A stretch of 64,000 bases of DNA from Antedon mediterranea. Its lineage: Eukaryota; Animalia; Echinodermata. Location: assembly GCF_964355755.1 (NCBI RefSeq), contig NC_092678.1, forward strand, positions 1,070,422-1,134,421, read 5' to 3'. A model generated the notes under the pieces. That model made no database searches, was not told the DNA's origin, and saw only the letters and a list, made by a program, of their open reading frames with translations. Within the stretch, counting starts at the first letter, position 1, and the number at the start of each line of letters is the position of its first letter. This document shows positions 1-13,376 of this stretch, one piece after another. A program made the translations under genes and the position numbers.

Positions 1-3000
1 GTACGCACATTGCAAGGGCGTACGCGCAGCACAATGATATACATACAACGCAAGTGTCAATAATTATATCATGGGGTTTGTGGGTCAGACAACCTCTTAT
101 ATCCTCATTAAAGGTTTTAATTATGGCCTTGATAATAAATTGAATTTATATTTTTAAGATCATAAATGTCTGTAATAATAATAATATATCACATTTACTG
201 TAAGTGCCCTTTTCATGAAAAAACATGCTCAAAGCGATTTACAAAGATACATAAAAAAACAGACAAAAAGTTACATAGATAGATAATTAAAAGTATGGAT
301 AGTATACAGTTTAAAAATAAATCTATTTAAAAAGGTAGTTAAAATTTATATTCAGTTTCATTATTAAATACATAGACAAAACTATGACGATGAAAAACCA
401 TGTTAAAATGTTCAACATACCGGTAGTTGAGTTTTTATGATGGCTGTGGTTTTCTTCAGACAGTAATGAAAAATTACGCGTTCTCATAAACTAGTTTTTT
501 ATTGTTTTTGTATTCACCATACTGTAAATATACTTTTATTTCTCCGATTACAATGATTGAACAATTTGCTGCTGTCCAGGTAAGTTCAGTTCTTAATGAA
601 ATTTAAAGGGAAAAAAACCCAATAAAAATTCATTGCTTATAAAAACAAACACATTTTCACTTCTAATTTCAAATCTCTAATTACTGCACTTTGCGCCTTT
701 CTTTGAAACTGCTGCTATGTTAAGTTTATAAGGTCACTTTCAGGCCAACTGCCATTTTTCAAGTACTTAATATAATCATTCAACTAAAGCCTACCCTATA
801 GCCAGGATATTTATAGAATGTTTTTTTCTTTTAAATAAAAAAAATGGGTAAAAAATCGTTATCATCAGCAGACTAGATGTAGGCCGCTGAATAGGGGTTC
901 TAATCATTGTATCACCCCCTTCCCTGGCTACAGACTTAGCAACTTTGTCTGCAAGGATAATCTTTCACAAGAAATATTGTAATAAATACAGCGTTGAATA
1001 AAAAAAAATGTATTAATGTTGAAATTCATCATTTTGCAGTTTTTTGAATTTAGAAACAAGTTCAATATTGATGTTACACAAATGATGATGATACTATGTT
1101 GTAATGTAATGAGTGCTTAAGGCACCCATCTTGTGACTTAGCCACATGATATATTTAGTTCTAGGTAGATATAATTGAGACATAGTCTACGATATTATTA
1201 ATTGTAGTCTAGCATGCAATCGTGTGAATGGACAACATTTAATAAAGTATTTTCTATTTTTTATCTATGTTAAAAATAGAAAGGTGATCAGTTTAAATCT
1301 TAATGTAAAAAATATACTTGAACTTGAGAGATAAGTACGATCTAAAATGAGACACAGATACAGCCAAATCCTATTAAGGGGACACCACCTCTTATTAAAG
1401 GAACACTTCTTTTGGTCCTGAAGGTGTTCCTTTTAAGGGTTCTGCTATAAAAACTGTTGAAACTCCAGTTCTTAATTCTAGCCTCAGAAAGAGTACAACT
1501 ATAAGATATTTTTCACTGTGTGAATATATTTTTAACATGAAATTGAATGTGAATATCTCCACATCTGAAGCAACTAGCATAGTGGTAAAGCTGCACTGTA
1601 CAAAATAAATCATTATAAAACAAAACAGCTTCTATAATTAAAGAGCTTTAGTAAACACATTGAAAAATGATGATTTTGCTCTAACCTTTCTAGACATTCT
1701 AATCCTATACTTTATAACACAATAAATTAATGATTATTTTTACAGCCACATCCTACGCACAAATAGTTTAAGTGCGTCTCTTATGTTATTCCTCATGCAG
1801 TATTTAAATAGTGAAAAACAAACTCAAGTAGTATACAATAATAATAATTAATATCATACAAAACATAAGCAAAATACAATTTAACAGTAAAACCCCTATT
1901 AAGCGGGTTGGCTATAGTGTACATATTTTCCCTCATCTGTTTTACAGTGTCCCCGTAACGTCCCAATAAAAGGAGTTTTACTGAAATTCTTAATTATTTT
2001 ACAATTTCAATTTCATGGAAAATAATTATGATTAAATATATTGTACATTTAACCACCATGCTAAATTAATTAGCAAAAATCAAAACTGTAGTAAACAAAC
2101 TGAACCCTAAAACATTAAGCATGCATTGCCAGCACGGTTTCATATTCTTTTCAATGTATGGTACCCGTACCCTACCTAATGGGAAACCATTATTGTTAAT
2201 ATAAAAGGAAAATAACGAATTACACATTCTTGGCATTTTTAAAAATATTTATAGTCATAAAACTCTTTAAAAATGGCCATAATTAGAAAATGTTGATCTT
2301 TTATTAATAATATAGCATTGCATCCTGTGCTTGAACAACGTTGAAAAGTTTAAAGTATAACTTGCTGCCAACAACCTGTTGTGCAACACTTAATACACCA
2401 CCGATTACATTATTCAAGCACAATAACACCTTTACAATCTTTTCATAATAAACCTCAAAAGACAAAATCTGGTTATCATATCTTAAGCCTACAAAACTTG
2501 TACAAAATGTAGTGTTCTTTTGTTTTGTGATGATTTGATCCTGAAACATCCTGCTAAAAGGATTGCATGCATTCAACATAAAAGGTTTAAAGATCAAAAT
2601 ATTTGCAACCTAATAACCTGTTGTATTCCAACAATGCATTTTATATTCTCAATAATTATCAAGGTCTTCTTGCTAACCTACTCTATATTTACTCTAAAAT
2701 ATTTTTGACAATGAAAACAAATTCAAAAAAATGTAAAACTTTATGTAACACTTAGACATTTTTTTTACACTGAAACTATGATTACTGTATATAAGCCTAG
2801 TAAATGTTAACAAGGACAGTAGTATCTATCCCACAATCTTCATTCATTTTTTTTATTAAACAAAGAAATGAATTAAATCCACACAGACCTTAAAACGAAA
2901 TGAGAAAATAAGTGATTGAATTTAGAAGTACATTATGTGAATATTTTTAACAGCTGTAATGTTTAAATAATTCTGATTACATTACTTTAAGTATGTCATC

Positions 3001-3089
3001 TATTTATAGACTTAATGTTTTAACATAAGCATGATTAAGGAGAGTTCACATTGCAAAATCTTGAATATTCCAACAAAAAAATTCTGGAA

Positions 3090-3505
3090 AAGGGTGTTCT
3101 AAAAATAATAATTAGGGTGGATTCTAAAAATAATAAAAAGGGTGGATTCTAAAAATAATAAAAAGGGTGGATTCTAAAAATAATAAAAAGGGTGGATTCT
3201 AAAAATAATAAAAAGGGTGGATTCTAAAAATAATAAAAAGGGTGGATTCTAAAAATAATAAAAAGGGTGGATTCTAAAAATAATAAAAAGGGTGGATTCT
3301 AAAAATAATAAAAAGGGTGGATTCTAAAAATAATAAAAAGGGTGGATTCTAAAAATAATAAAAAGGGTGGATTCTAAAAATAATAAAAAGGGTGGATTCT
3401 AAAAATAATAAAAAGGGTGGATTCTAAAAATAATAAAAAGGGTGGATTCTAAAAATAATAAAAAGGGTGGATTCTAAAAATAATAAAAAGGGTGGATTCT
3501 AAAAA
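3090..3505. repeat. 25-bp minisatellite (gggtggattctaaaaataataaaaa)n
   Basis: About 16 near-perfect copies. Confidence 0.97.
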
Positions 3506-4014
3506 TATTAATATTGTAAATTTTACTTTCTTTACCTACATAGGCTATATTTATTTATGTAAGATATGACCAAAGAAAATTATTGGTAAGTGACATCATA
3601 CAGAACTAAATGTACTCATCATCCCAATTATTGTGGGTTTGCAGAAACCATCGATACCATCTCCCGTAGTAATTATTATAATATATACCAAAGATTCTTC
3701 AGTTTTGGATAGATCAGATGTATAATTGTCAAAAAAAAACTTTTTGCTTTAAAGGTTAGGTGACTACTTAATGCCAGGAATCACTACCTAGTATTCATAA
3801 CTCAAGACAAAGCCACTGTTATCATAGTGTATCTGCTGTTTTCCACTTCCTTTCTAACCCCACTTGCTTACTTTGATACAATCTACTCATTTATCTCACT
3901 GTTACATGATGTAATATCATAATGGGGTAATGTACACAAATAAAACTAGGAACTTGTTCTTAACTTGGCAAGTAATGAAGAACAAAAAATATACAATAGC
4001 CATTGAATTAACAA

Positions 4015-4170
4015 ATCATGATGATGATGAGGATGATGATGATGATGATAATGATGATGATGATGATGATAATGATGATCAAGATGATGATGATGATGAT
4101 GAGGATAATGATGATGATGATGATCATGATGATAATGATGATGATCATGATGATAATGATGATGATGATG

Positions 4171-4202
<32 letters not shown>

Positions 4203-4645
4203 CATGAATCATGATGATGATGAGGATGATGATGATGATGATGATGATCATGATGATAATGATGATGATGATGAGGATAATGGTGATGATGATGATCATG
4301 ATGATAATGATGATGATCATGATGATAATGATGATGATGATGAGGATGATGATGATGAGGATGATGATCATGATGAGGATGATGAGGATGATGATGATCA
4401 TGATGATAATGATGATGATCATGATGATAATGATGATGATGAGGATGATGATCATGATCATGATCATCATCATGATGAGGATGATGATGATGAGGATGAT
4501 CATGATCATGATGATCATGATGATGATGAGGATGATGATGATCATGATGATGAGGATGATGATCATATATGATGATGATCATGATGAGGATGATGATGAT
4601 AATGATGATGATGATGATAATGATGATGATCATGACAATGATGAT
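4015..4645. repeat. Compound (GAT)n microsatellite
   Basis: GAT with CAT/AAT/GAG interruptions; source of the spurious poly-D/M/I/H ORFs. Confidence 0.97.
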
Positions 4646-7600
4646 TAAACAACCCAACAAACTAAATACCCATGGAACATAACAGGCCATGTGAATTCAA
4701 TTCAAGTTGTAAATTCATAAAATGAATTAAGTTTGTTTGTTAATTACCCACAATCCTTCTCCCATCGCTTGTTACCATAGAGACTCCTAAGTCGCAAACA
4801 ACAAGTAATAAATGATTTTACTTTGATATTGGACACTTGATCTATCATACTCACTCTCACACTGTTTAAATGAAGAATTAATTATAAGAACCAAAGGAAA
4901 TGAAAAGACTGTGGCCGTCGATGGAATATTTATAGAGTCACGTTAAGATAATTTACAACATGATGGTGATGTGATTCTTAGAATAGAGTAGACACAATGA
5001 TATATCACACATAGGCTAGTTAATACCCAAGTAAAGACAGCAGATCAATACAGATAATAGTCATTAAAAATGCTTAAATCTATCTATTTTTAACATGTTT
5101 ATTCAGCTATCTGATAGCTTCCTGCCCTAATGACCATATTCTGAACAAAGATTTGATATCTTTGTTGTTATACTGTATATTATATGCTATTAAGCTCAAC
5201 AAAAATTGTTGGTTTTTGTTGCCCGCTTTGCAATAATAGGCTATTAGCGCTTTGAATGGTAAAGAATGCCGTATGAAAACAAATTTATGTTGCCAATAAC
5301 AATTTTTAACATTCTAGTGACAAGCTTACTCTTATCAAAATCTAAAGCTTTACTGAATTCCAGTTAGTTTTAAAAAAGACCATTTCAACCGTTACAGGGA
5401 ACATGGTGCTGCAAAAAATGTAGTAACTGTATATAGCTCAAACTTTATGTGATAAAAAAAATATGATGTGCCCATATGGACATGATGATGTCATATCACC
5501 ATTTGGGAATATCACTACCATATTTGGGGCCTCCACACTTTATTTGTCAAACTAGTTTGATAGTGTAGACAGAGCTTCATTCATTATCCTCAATTCAACT
5601 TGAAATGAAATGAAAATGTTTACTTATTGCCATCACCCCTTTAGCTGCCCACGTCACTGTAAGCAAAGTTCATTTAAGAAACCAGGACGTAGTAACAAGC
5701 TATAAGTACTTAGTAACATCATCTTCAGATATTTTAATGTTTTTGTTTATAAACTCTTCAGGTTTCTTGGTTATGTAATAAATCAATTTATTTTCTGAAG
5801 TGTAATTGCAAATGTTCCGGATATGTCTGTCTAATTAGTTCAAATATTTAATTTTATTTTATTAATTATCTTAGAAATTTATTTAAACTACCCATACCCA
5901 TAGGCTATGTAGGCCTGTAGTTACACACAAAAATGTTAATTAATTCTTTGAGAATTGTGACATTGCATTGCATATTGGTGGTAGAACTACTATAACTAAA
6001 AGATTGTTATTATACAAATAAAACTAAAAACACACAAGATACCCATGATTGTCTACTTACACAAATAGCCATTTTGGCCTAGGCCTATATTAAAATAAAA
6101 TAAATAAAAGAAAATATTATTATTAGGCATTAGGCCTAGGCTATAATAATTAATATAGGCCTAATTATAATATTAATATTTAGGCCTAGGCCTAGAGGGC
6201 CTCCTATTAGGCCTACCCTAAATATTATTAATAATAATTAAATATAAAAATTAAAATAAAATAAAATTTAAATAATCAATCATTAAATTGTTAATAAAAT
6301 AATCAACATTTATTGATCTACAGTTAGCTCTCTTTCACGTTTACTAAAAATAGTTGGATAAAGTTAAGCCTAGGCATAGCCTAGGCCTAGATGACAGAAA
6401 TTCAATTGAAGATCTCGACCCTCTCACACCCATCATCCATGATGCCGTGGCATGATGGATGGATGGGGCTAAAATTAATCGACCAGCCTAACCTTTTTTA
6501 TACCTTGGTCCTTGTAATTGTGAAATAACTATATATTCCAAATCATTCGTTTGTTATAATCTCAGAAGTACATAACATACAAAAAAATTATTTAAATATT
6601 TCAAAAATACCACTCCACTTTTTAGGGAGAGAGAGAGGGAGGCGAGAGGCAACAAGTGAGAAAACCGGATGTGAAATTTGGAGGTCGACCATACGCGCAC
6701 GGTGTCGCGGACAACGAGAGCGTAGGACAGGACGCGCTGACGCAATACATTTTTGACCAATCACAAGTGACAATTCAGATAAGCACAGTACTATGTTTCA
6801 TACATAGTCCACCTAATAATATAAATAGTAATATATATTTTGTTTTATTGTTTATAATATGAATATGTAATTTCCCTTTATATGCATTACCTAAAGACAG
6901 AATTGAAAAGCGCCGCACCGAGAAACTGCCGCAAATTTATATATTATTATTATAGTCAACACTCAGTTTTCTATTAAAACATTCAAAAATAGATATTGGA
7001 CCCTAAAGAAAAAAGTGTTTTTAATTGCTATAATATTATAGTGCCTAATTAGAAATGAAGAGATCTTCAATAATTATGCCTAATATTATAAATACCTCAT
7101 GTTAAGTGTATATACTTACTTCACCATTTGTCGTATAAGGCCAGGAGCAATTATTGGAACAGCCAAGCGATACGGAAGTTGAATGAACACATCCACTCCA
7201 AAATAAAGACAAACAAAATACATTTGCCACAAGTTTTACAAAACTATTAAGAAACATGATAGCGGCGCTACGACGTACGTAGTACTGCTACTGATAATAC
7301 TATGTGATCATTTAAACCGCCGCCGTCTCTGTATCTATATTATTACCCTTATATCATTTAACCCACCAATAAGAACACTGTGAAGTCACGTGGTGATTTA
7401 ATCCAGGTACGGTACTCTTTATGGACAAAAGAAGTACAATCCTGATGAATATATCGAAATATTGTGAATTATATGTGTTTCTTTCCTCTTAGTAAGCCTT
7501 ATACATGCATATCATAGGTGTAAGTACAACATTAATGAAATGTCTAGCATCAAATGTTTATGCTGGTACATAACACAGTAAATGTTCGTAATCAATATTG

Positions 7601-10269
7601 ATATCGACTCACAAAAACAATAATATATAAAGTTTGATTTCCACTAGGACGCAACGCATCGACGCATGGCGCGCAACTCAAGCGACAGTTCGGGTAATCT
7701 ATTGTGTGATTGGTCAAATCGGTGCGTCCAGTGTGGGAACCAATGAATATCCTCTTATATTGGTTCCCATTAGGAATACGAAACGCAGCGACGTAACGCA
7801 ACGCAGGTCGACCCAACCCAAAACATAAATGCTAGACAAAATAATTCCTGGTAAGCCTGCGAAATGTAGTAATTTAAAACAGAAAGGTAAAGACCTTTCC
7901 GCAGGATGCGTTTTTAAAAAGAGTCCGCAAGTGTCTATATTGTAACCTTGAATGTTGGTTTCTGTTTTTTTCTTATCAACGATGATACCTTCTGATCGTA
8001 CCTAGCCCAATTAATATAAAGGCGTATTGGCCTATCACCTCAGCAATATTGATGTACAATCGTTGAAGCATATGCCTCGCAGCCGATAAAACTATTCAAC
8101 TACTAAAAGGTTATACAGCATACAAATGAAACTCTCTTTACAATCTTTATTAATCATATTGCATGCATTTCTGTAGAATTTTCGTAGAAAATACCGATAA
8201 AAAATACTAATTAATCATACGACACTAGCTTACAGAAGGTATTATAATGTAGGCGGTGTTTATGTTTCTCTTGTGCCCATAGAGATTAGTTTCAACCTCA
8301 AGATACATAATTATTATCTCACTAGGACGCAACGCAAAGACGTACGCTCAACGCAAGCGAGTTGAAAACAATGACAAGCCATGTTCGAATAATCCATCGC
8401 TTGTGATTGGTCTAATCACTTACGTTACGCCCTTGCGTTGCGTCGCTTGTAGAAACCAAGTTTAATAAACTGAACATTAAAAACTCTCCTCCCCTCATTC
8501 CCAACAATGTGCGAGTCACTGAAATATCGATGACACAATTTTGATTGTTTTTTTAAATTTCAATTTGAATAATGATCAAGAGTGTGCCAAAGAGTGGGGT
8601 CAAATGATATCAGAATCATTTTGATAAATAAACTGCAGCAACACCTGTGCTAGAGCCAACCCGGCTTATCTTAAGAAACTTGTCTTATGTATTCTCATGT
8701 AGTAAGCTTTAATGGGTTTAGATATTCACGTTCTTCCAAGTTATTTCAATATAACATTTATTCAATGGTAAGACAAATAATACAAGAATAAAAAACAGTA
8801 ACAGTAATACAATACAAAAACAAGAAAAGGTAAATAAGAGAAAGGAATGCCCTCAAACCATGGTTTACTGGAATAATTAGGTTCAACCGTTGTTGTACTA
8901 AAAGTTGATTATATTGCCAGTAAAATTCCCAAACTGACCGAACCGAAAAACACATAATGCATCGAAACTATAGAGCGTGATACCAATACGCATCATTGTT
9001 GGATTAAACATGAATTATTGTAAACAAATTATGTGTACTTAACAAATTGTTAGCGCTGTACTTAGCCCCACTCTCATATCAGTAAATGCTTTGTTGATAA
9101 AATATTATATTCTGCCTGTGTACTTTCAAAAGGTCGGGGATAAAAAGGTCAGAATCGGTTATAAATCTGCGGCTTAAAACACAAGATTGATATCATAACA
9201 AAACCACCAACCGAAACGTCCACTAATAACTTAAAATATTGTATGGGGAAAAATGATATAATTTATATAAAAAATATTGAATCGTTCAAATAAAATGGCG
9301 TGTATATAATTTCTTTAATTTGCAAACAATTCTTACTAAATTTCCTCACGTGACGAGCGAATCAGATACAGTACCGAGAATCGGGTACATTGTTTAATAA
9401 AACTACTAATAATTGTTTTTTGTATAGCGTTTAACCAAAATAAATTTTCTCTAAAGCGTTACGACCAAATACTCGAACTAGGTGGAAATTACGTCATTTC
9501 ATGCTATGCGAAAGAGATGGGTTTTCAGCAACTGTTTGAAGATGTCAATAGAGTTGGCATTTGATTGATTGTGGAAGAGTATTCCATAATAATATGATGG
9601 AGTTGTGCAAGAGAATGTTTAGTGTTCCGTACCGATAATCGGAAACATTGTTTAGTGTGTTAACATACAGAGTGCATAGCACTAGTGACGTCCAAATAAA
9701 CTCAATACTGTTTCAGGATTTCCTGTACAAGAAACACTTATAAGATGAAGTCGTATAAGATAATTACCGATTGTTATTCTTATTCCTCTCAGTATCATTT
9801 GCGATATAAACAAAACTATCATTTCAACGCTATTTATTGCGTCCATTAAATTGTATCAATAAATTAAATCTAAATATTTGAAGGTATCACACAGCAGCCA
9901 TCCGGAAACTAACTTGCTTTGTTGTATGCAATTAGAATTAGAAGATACATCCATGGATTGAAGGTGCTAAACGCAAGGCCGCCCTCTGTCATCTACTTGA
10001 CCAAGAGACGCAGTTGCTCGCATCCATAGGACGACATAAGAGAGCTTTCGCTATCTCGGATCGGGAACGAGAACCAGCATTAATTACCGGTTCTCGATCT
10101 CGTACTCGTTTTAAAACTGGATGCTAGTGCCGATAACAAACAGCAGGAAATGTATGTAACGACAAATTGCTTACGACTTACACTTCATTTGTCAATAGCC
10201 AGTTACATTATTGTAATAGTAGATTCATTGGTGATATATATTATTTTGAGTGAGTGGCCGAGCGGTTAA

Positions 10270-10460
10270 AGATGTATTGTCCCCCTGAAAAAATAATTCT
10301 TGGTCAAATTTTTGGTTGAATTTAACCATTTTTAAACATTTTTTGTTTGTTTTTTTTTCCTATGGAAGTGATTAACTTTATTAAAACTACAAAATAACAT
10401 ATTATTCAAAGTCTGATTTAATTAATCTTCAATTTTCATGTTTTTGGGGACAATACATCT
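10270..10460. mobile_element. Kolobok-like MITE inserted in a tRNA-derived SINE remnant (~10250-10585)
   Basis: TTAA TSD; perfect TIR AGATGTATTGTCCCC / GGGGACAATACATCT; interrupts an A-box-like TGGCCGAGCGGTTAA-G; SINE ends in an aat-rich tail. Confidence 0.72.
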
Positions 10461-11745
10461 TTAAGACAGTGAAACTGTAATTACATAGCCATATCAGCAA
10501 AGGGTTCAGCCACTGAACATAACCGGGCCCTCTGGGAGATCAGTCTTTGACTGAAGAGGTAACCTGGTATAAATGAATAATAATACAATATATTATTTTA
10601 AATTTGCGTTTATTTAATAGGCTGCAGGGCCGAAACGATGGAAAGCTTACGATGGGAAGTATACAGAAATGGACACAGCATACACAATTCGCGCCAAGGA
10701 ATTACGCGACATCTACAACAGCCTCACCATGAGGTATCTAACGCAGGATGAGCGCCTTGATGTTCTGCTAACACTTAAACATACTGTGAAGGAACACGAT
10801 TGTAAACTTACGCAAGAAATTATAGAATTGATAGATCGTGAAGCCGACTTACTGATGAGGGGAGTGAAAGAAGGCAATTTAGATGGACTTAGAAAACGTA
10901 TTTCTACACTGTTCTTACACTATTATTAAAACACCAACTTTCAATCCTGAAGCAGCAAGACTTCTTAAGGTGTACGCGATTGGCGTACCATACTTACCTA
11001 GATGTCATGTTATGTTGAAGTATAGAGTATTTAATAAACTTCACTTTACTGATAATAGTGGTCGATATATTTATTTGTCAGTAAAATAAGGTAAGCCAAC
11101 AAGGGATGGGTTAAAGGGCCTTTCACACTTGCTCTGGTTCCAGCTAATGTTGTACGCACAATATGGCGTGAACTGGACCATTTAAAGGGAAGTGAGACCA
11201 TTTGAAGTGACTACTATGTGTAATTTATTATTTTACATCATGTGTCTAATTTTCTATCGACACACAACAGAAATATTGACGACCTTAGGTTTAGAAAACA
11301 AGGCATTAGATACAGTGCTTATAGAAAACTTAAATTTCATAGCCTCCTGATGTTTTTAAAAAAAGAAAATTTACCTCTTCACCATTCTCCATCAGTTGCT
11401 TTCTTTTTTTTAAACAACCAATGTACTAATTTAGGGGGTAATTCATTTGTCTTTTTTAGGTTCCTCAAGATCCATTAACATTGCGCAAGAACATCTACTT
11501 TTGTACGAGCTGCAACAGCTACCTTCCTTCCACAGAGTTTCTTCTATCCTCCAACTCCAAGATCGTTGGCAAATGTCGCCGCTGTAAAAAGATCGACAAC
11601 GACGGAAGACTACGACAAGATTTCAGTAACTATCACTTCATGCTCAAGTCCTTACGCAAAGCAGAGGAGGCCATTGGAGATGGCTCAAGAATACCATTCC
11701 TCTTTGGAGACTACTTAGTAATAATACTAAACTTGGGACTCATTT

Positions 11746-11926
11746 CAGTGGCGTAATGCAGAGGCCCGAGACCCCTGGTTTAGAAATCCCAAGTGCCCTC
11801 TAACCTTGGTGTTTTTAGCCTTTGTCTACATATTTTATTGCCTGTTTTTTTTTCTCTGGGCACTGCTCAGGGACCCCATAAGTTCTGGGATTTAGCCAAT
11901 CAGCGCTCATAGCTGTTATGCCACTG
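11746..11926. mobile_element. hAT-type MITE (second copy ~33352-33522)
   Basis: TIR CAGTGGCGTAA / TTATGCCACTG with near-perfect 8-bp TSD ACTCATTT / ACTCGTTT. Confidence 0.75.
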
Positions 11927-13376
11927 ACTCGTTTGTGTGATTTGAAAAGAAGAAGAAAATAAAAATATTTCACTGACTTTATTTCACAGGAAACCGACCT
12001 GCGATACTTGATGGAAAATATTTGGATTAGTCAGAGCACCCTCAGCGCTTGGAATGACCTGTTTGACCTTGCTTTGGTCAGGTGGGACTAACATGAGCAC
12101 TGGTCACCGTGGAATTGTATTTTACTGACCAAAGATGAAGCGAAGGCACATTTTAAGATTGAAGAGCGTGAGTTCCAAATATATTTTATAGTTGTATGGC
12201 ATTAAAATTGTTTTTGTTGTGTTTGAAAAAATTACTACAGATTTCAATTTTTAACAAGTTTATTTTATAGCAACTTTACACTCTAACCATTTTACATTAA
12301 ATATTTTGTTTAGGGGTATGGACACGTTTTCTGCCACAAGATCAAGACGAAGCACACCCTCGCTAAAAACTATTTCTCAAGACTTCCGGGCATGTCCGAA
12401 CACATACATATAAAAAAGGAATCGACCAATCACAGACAGACAATTCAATCCGAACCGTTAACCATCTCGCAAGCATGATTACAGTGTAAACAGTACTTTA
12501 TTTCTTGTAATAAATACTTTATTTGGTGATTAGTATGTTTTCTTACTTTACTTCAATTAAGTACATTACTTAAAATCATCACCAATGGGTTTTTTATCCT
12601 TGATAACCTATTAAGCATAAATATGTGCTCTATTTTAATATTAACATATTTGTGATCCCAACTTTCGTTATTTACAGCAAATTTACAGGAACCCACCCAC
12701 CTACAATTTCTACAATTACAATAGAAATATTGTGACCACAAACAAATTATTTCAAAACCCTGGATCCGCCACTAGTTGTGAAATAATATCTTTTTCATAG
12801 CCTATATGGCTCTATAGGCCTACAGCTACCTGGCTGGAAACGCTGATTTTTAAAAGTGATAAAACTTGGTTTTGGGAGTAAATGTCCAATTAAAAACTAA
12901 GCTTGAGTTTATATTACTTTAAAAGCAGTAAAAGTGTATAGTGTATATTAGTTAGTTACAAAAGCTAAAATGGTGTTATAATAAACATAGTTTTAAAATG
13001 TTACTAAGTGTGTGTTTTTTTTTACATATTAATTGCAAACTACCCTTTTGGATTATGATTTCCGATATGAAAATAGAAATCAAACAATTAATATTATTAC
13101 TGTTTGTCCAGTCGTAAGACAAGGTAATCTAACAAGAGGATGCTGAGCTCTGGAGATCAAAGGGTTTATCTGTGGCTGCAACACAATCAGTTACGCACCC
13201 CTTAACAGACACTGCGCCGCATAGATACAGCTGTAGTGGTTATTTGTCACAGCCAGACATAAGATCAAAGGACTGTTACGAGTTCCTATCTTGGTAAGCT
13301 CGGTGTCCTGTTGTTAGATGCCTTAGTATAGATCAGGTAGGTTGGTGTCTTTGTGCTTTGCCGCGCTTTACATCAA

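Larger units (their letters stand above)
1..9936. repeat. Segmental duplication, left copy (continues off the left edge)
   Basis: Colinear high-identity match to 42175-52266, including minisatellites and the promoter-like region; similarity stops after gcaattaga. Confidence 0.97.
9937..12478 (+). pseudogene. IQUB: 5'-truncated, intron-containing pseudogene of IQ motif and ubiquitin-like domain protein (C-terminal part)
   Basis: Exon remnants EGAKRKAALCHLLDQETQLLASIGRHK (~9960-10040), [55 protein letters not shown] (10621-10969), VPQDPLTLRKNIYFCTSC (11460-~11706), [14 protein letters not shown] (11990-12168), HTLAKNYFSRLP..* (12314-12478) match IQUB. Lesions: ~75 bp insertion at 10041-10117, +1 frameshift near 10924, in-frame TAA at 12089-12091, no clear donor near 11706. 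Confidence 0.93.

Noticed and set aside
2304-2597. 97 aa ORF conserved with 44218-44559
   Set aside because: Conservation is explained by the recent duplication; no recognisable domain and the 5' frames differ.
3930-4690. Poly-Asp/His/Met/Ile ORFs (also 45825-46722)
   Set aside because: Open frames arise from the (GAT)n microsatellite, and frame shifts differ between the duplicates.
12495-12525. Clustered poly(A) signals on both strands as a shared bidirectional terminator
   Set aside because: AATAAA/TTTATT are too frequent in this AT-rich DNA to support without 3' end data.
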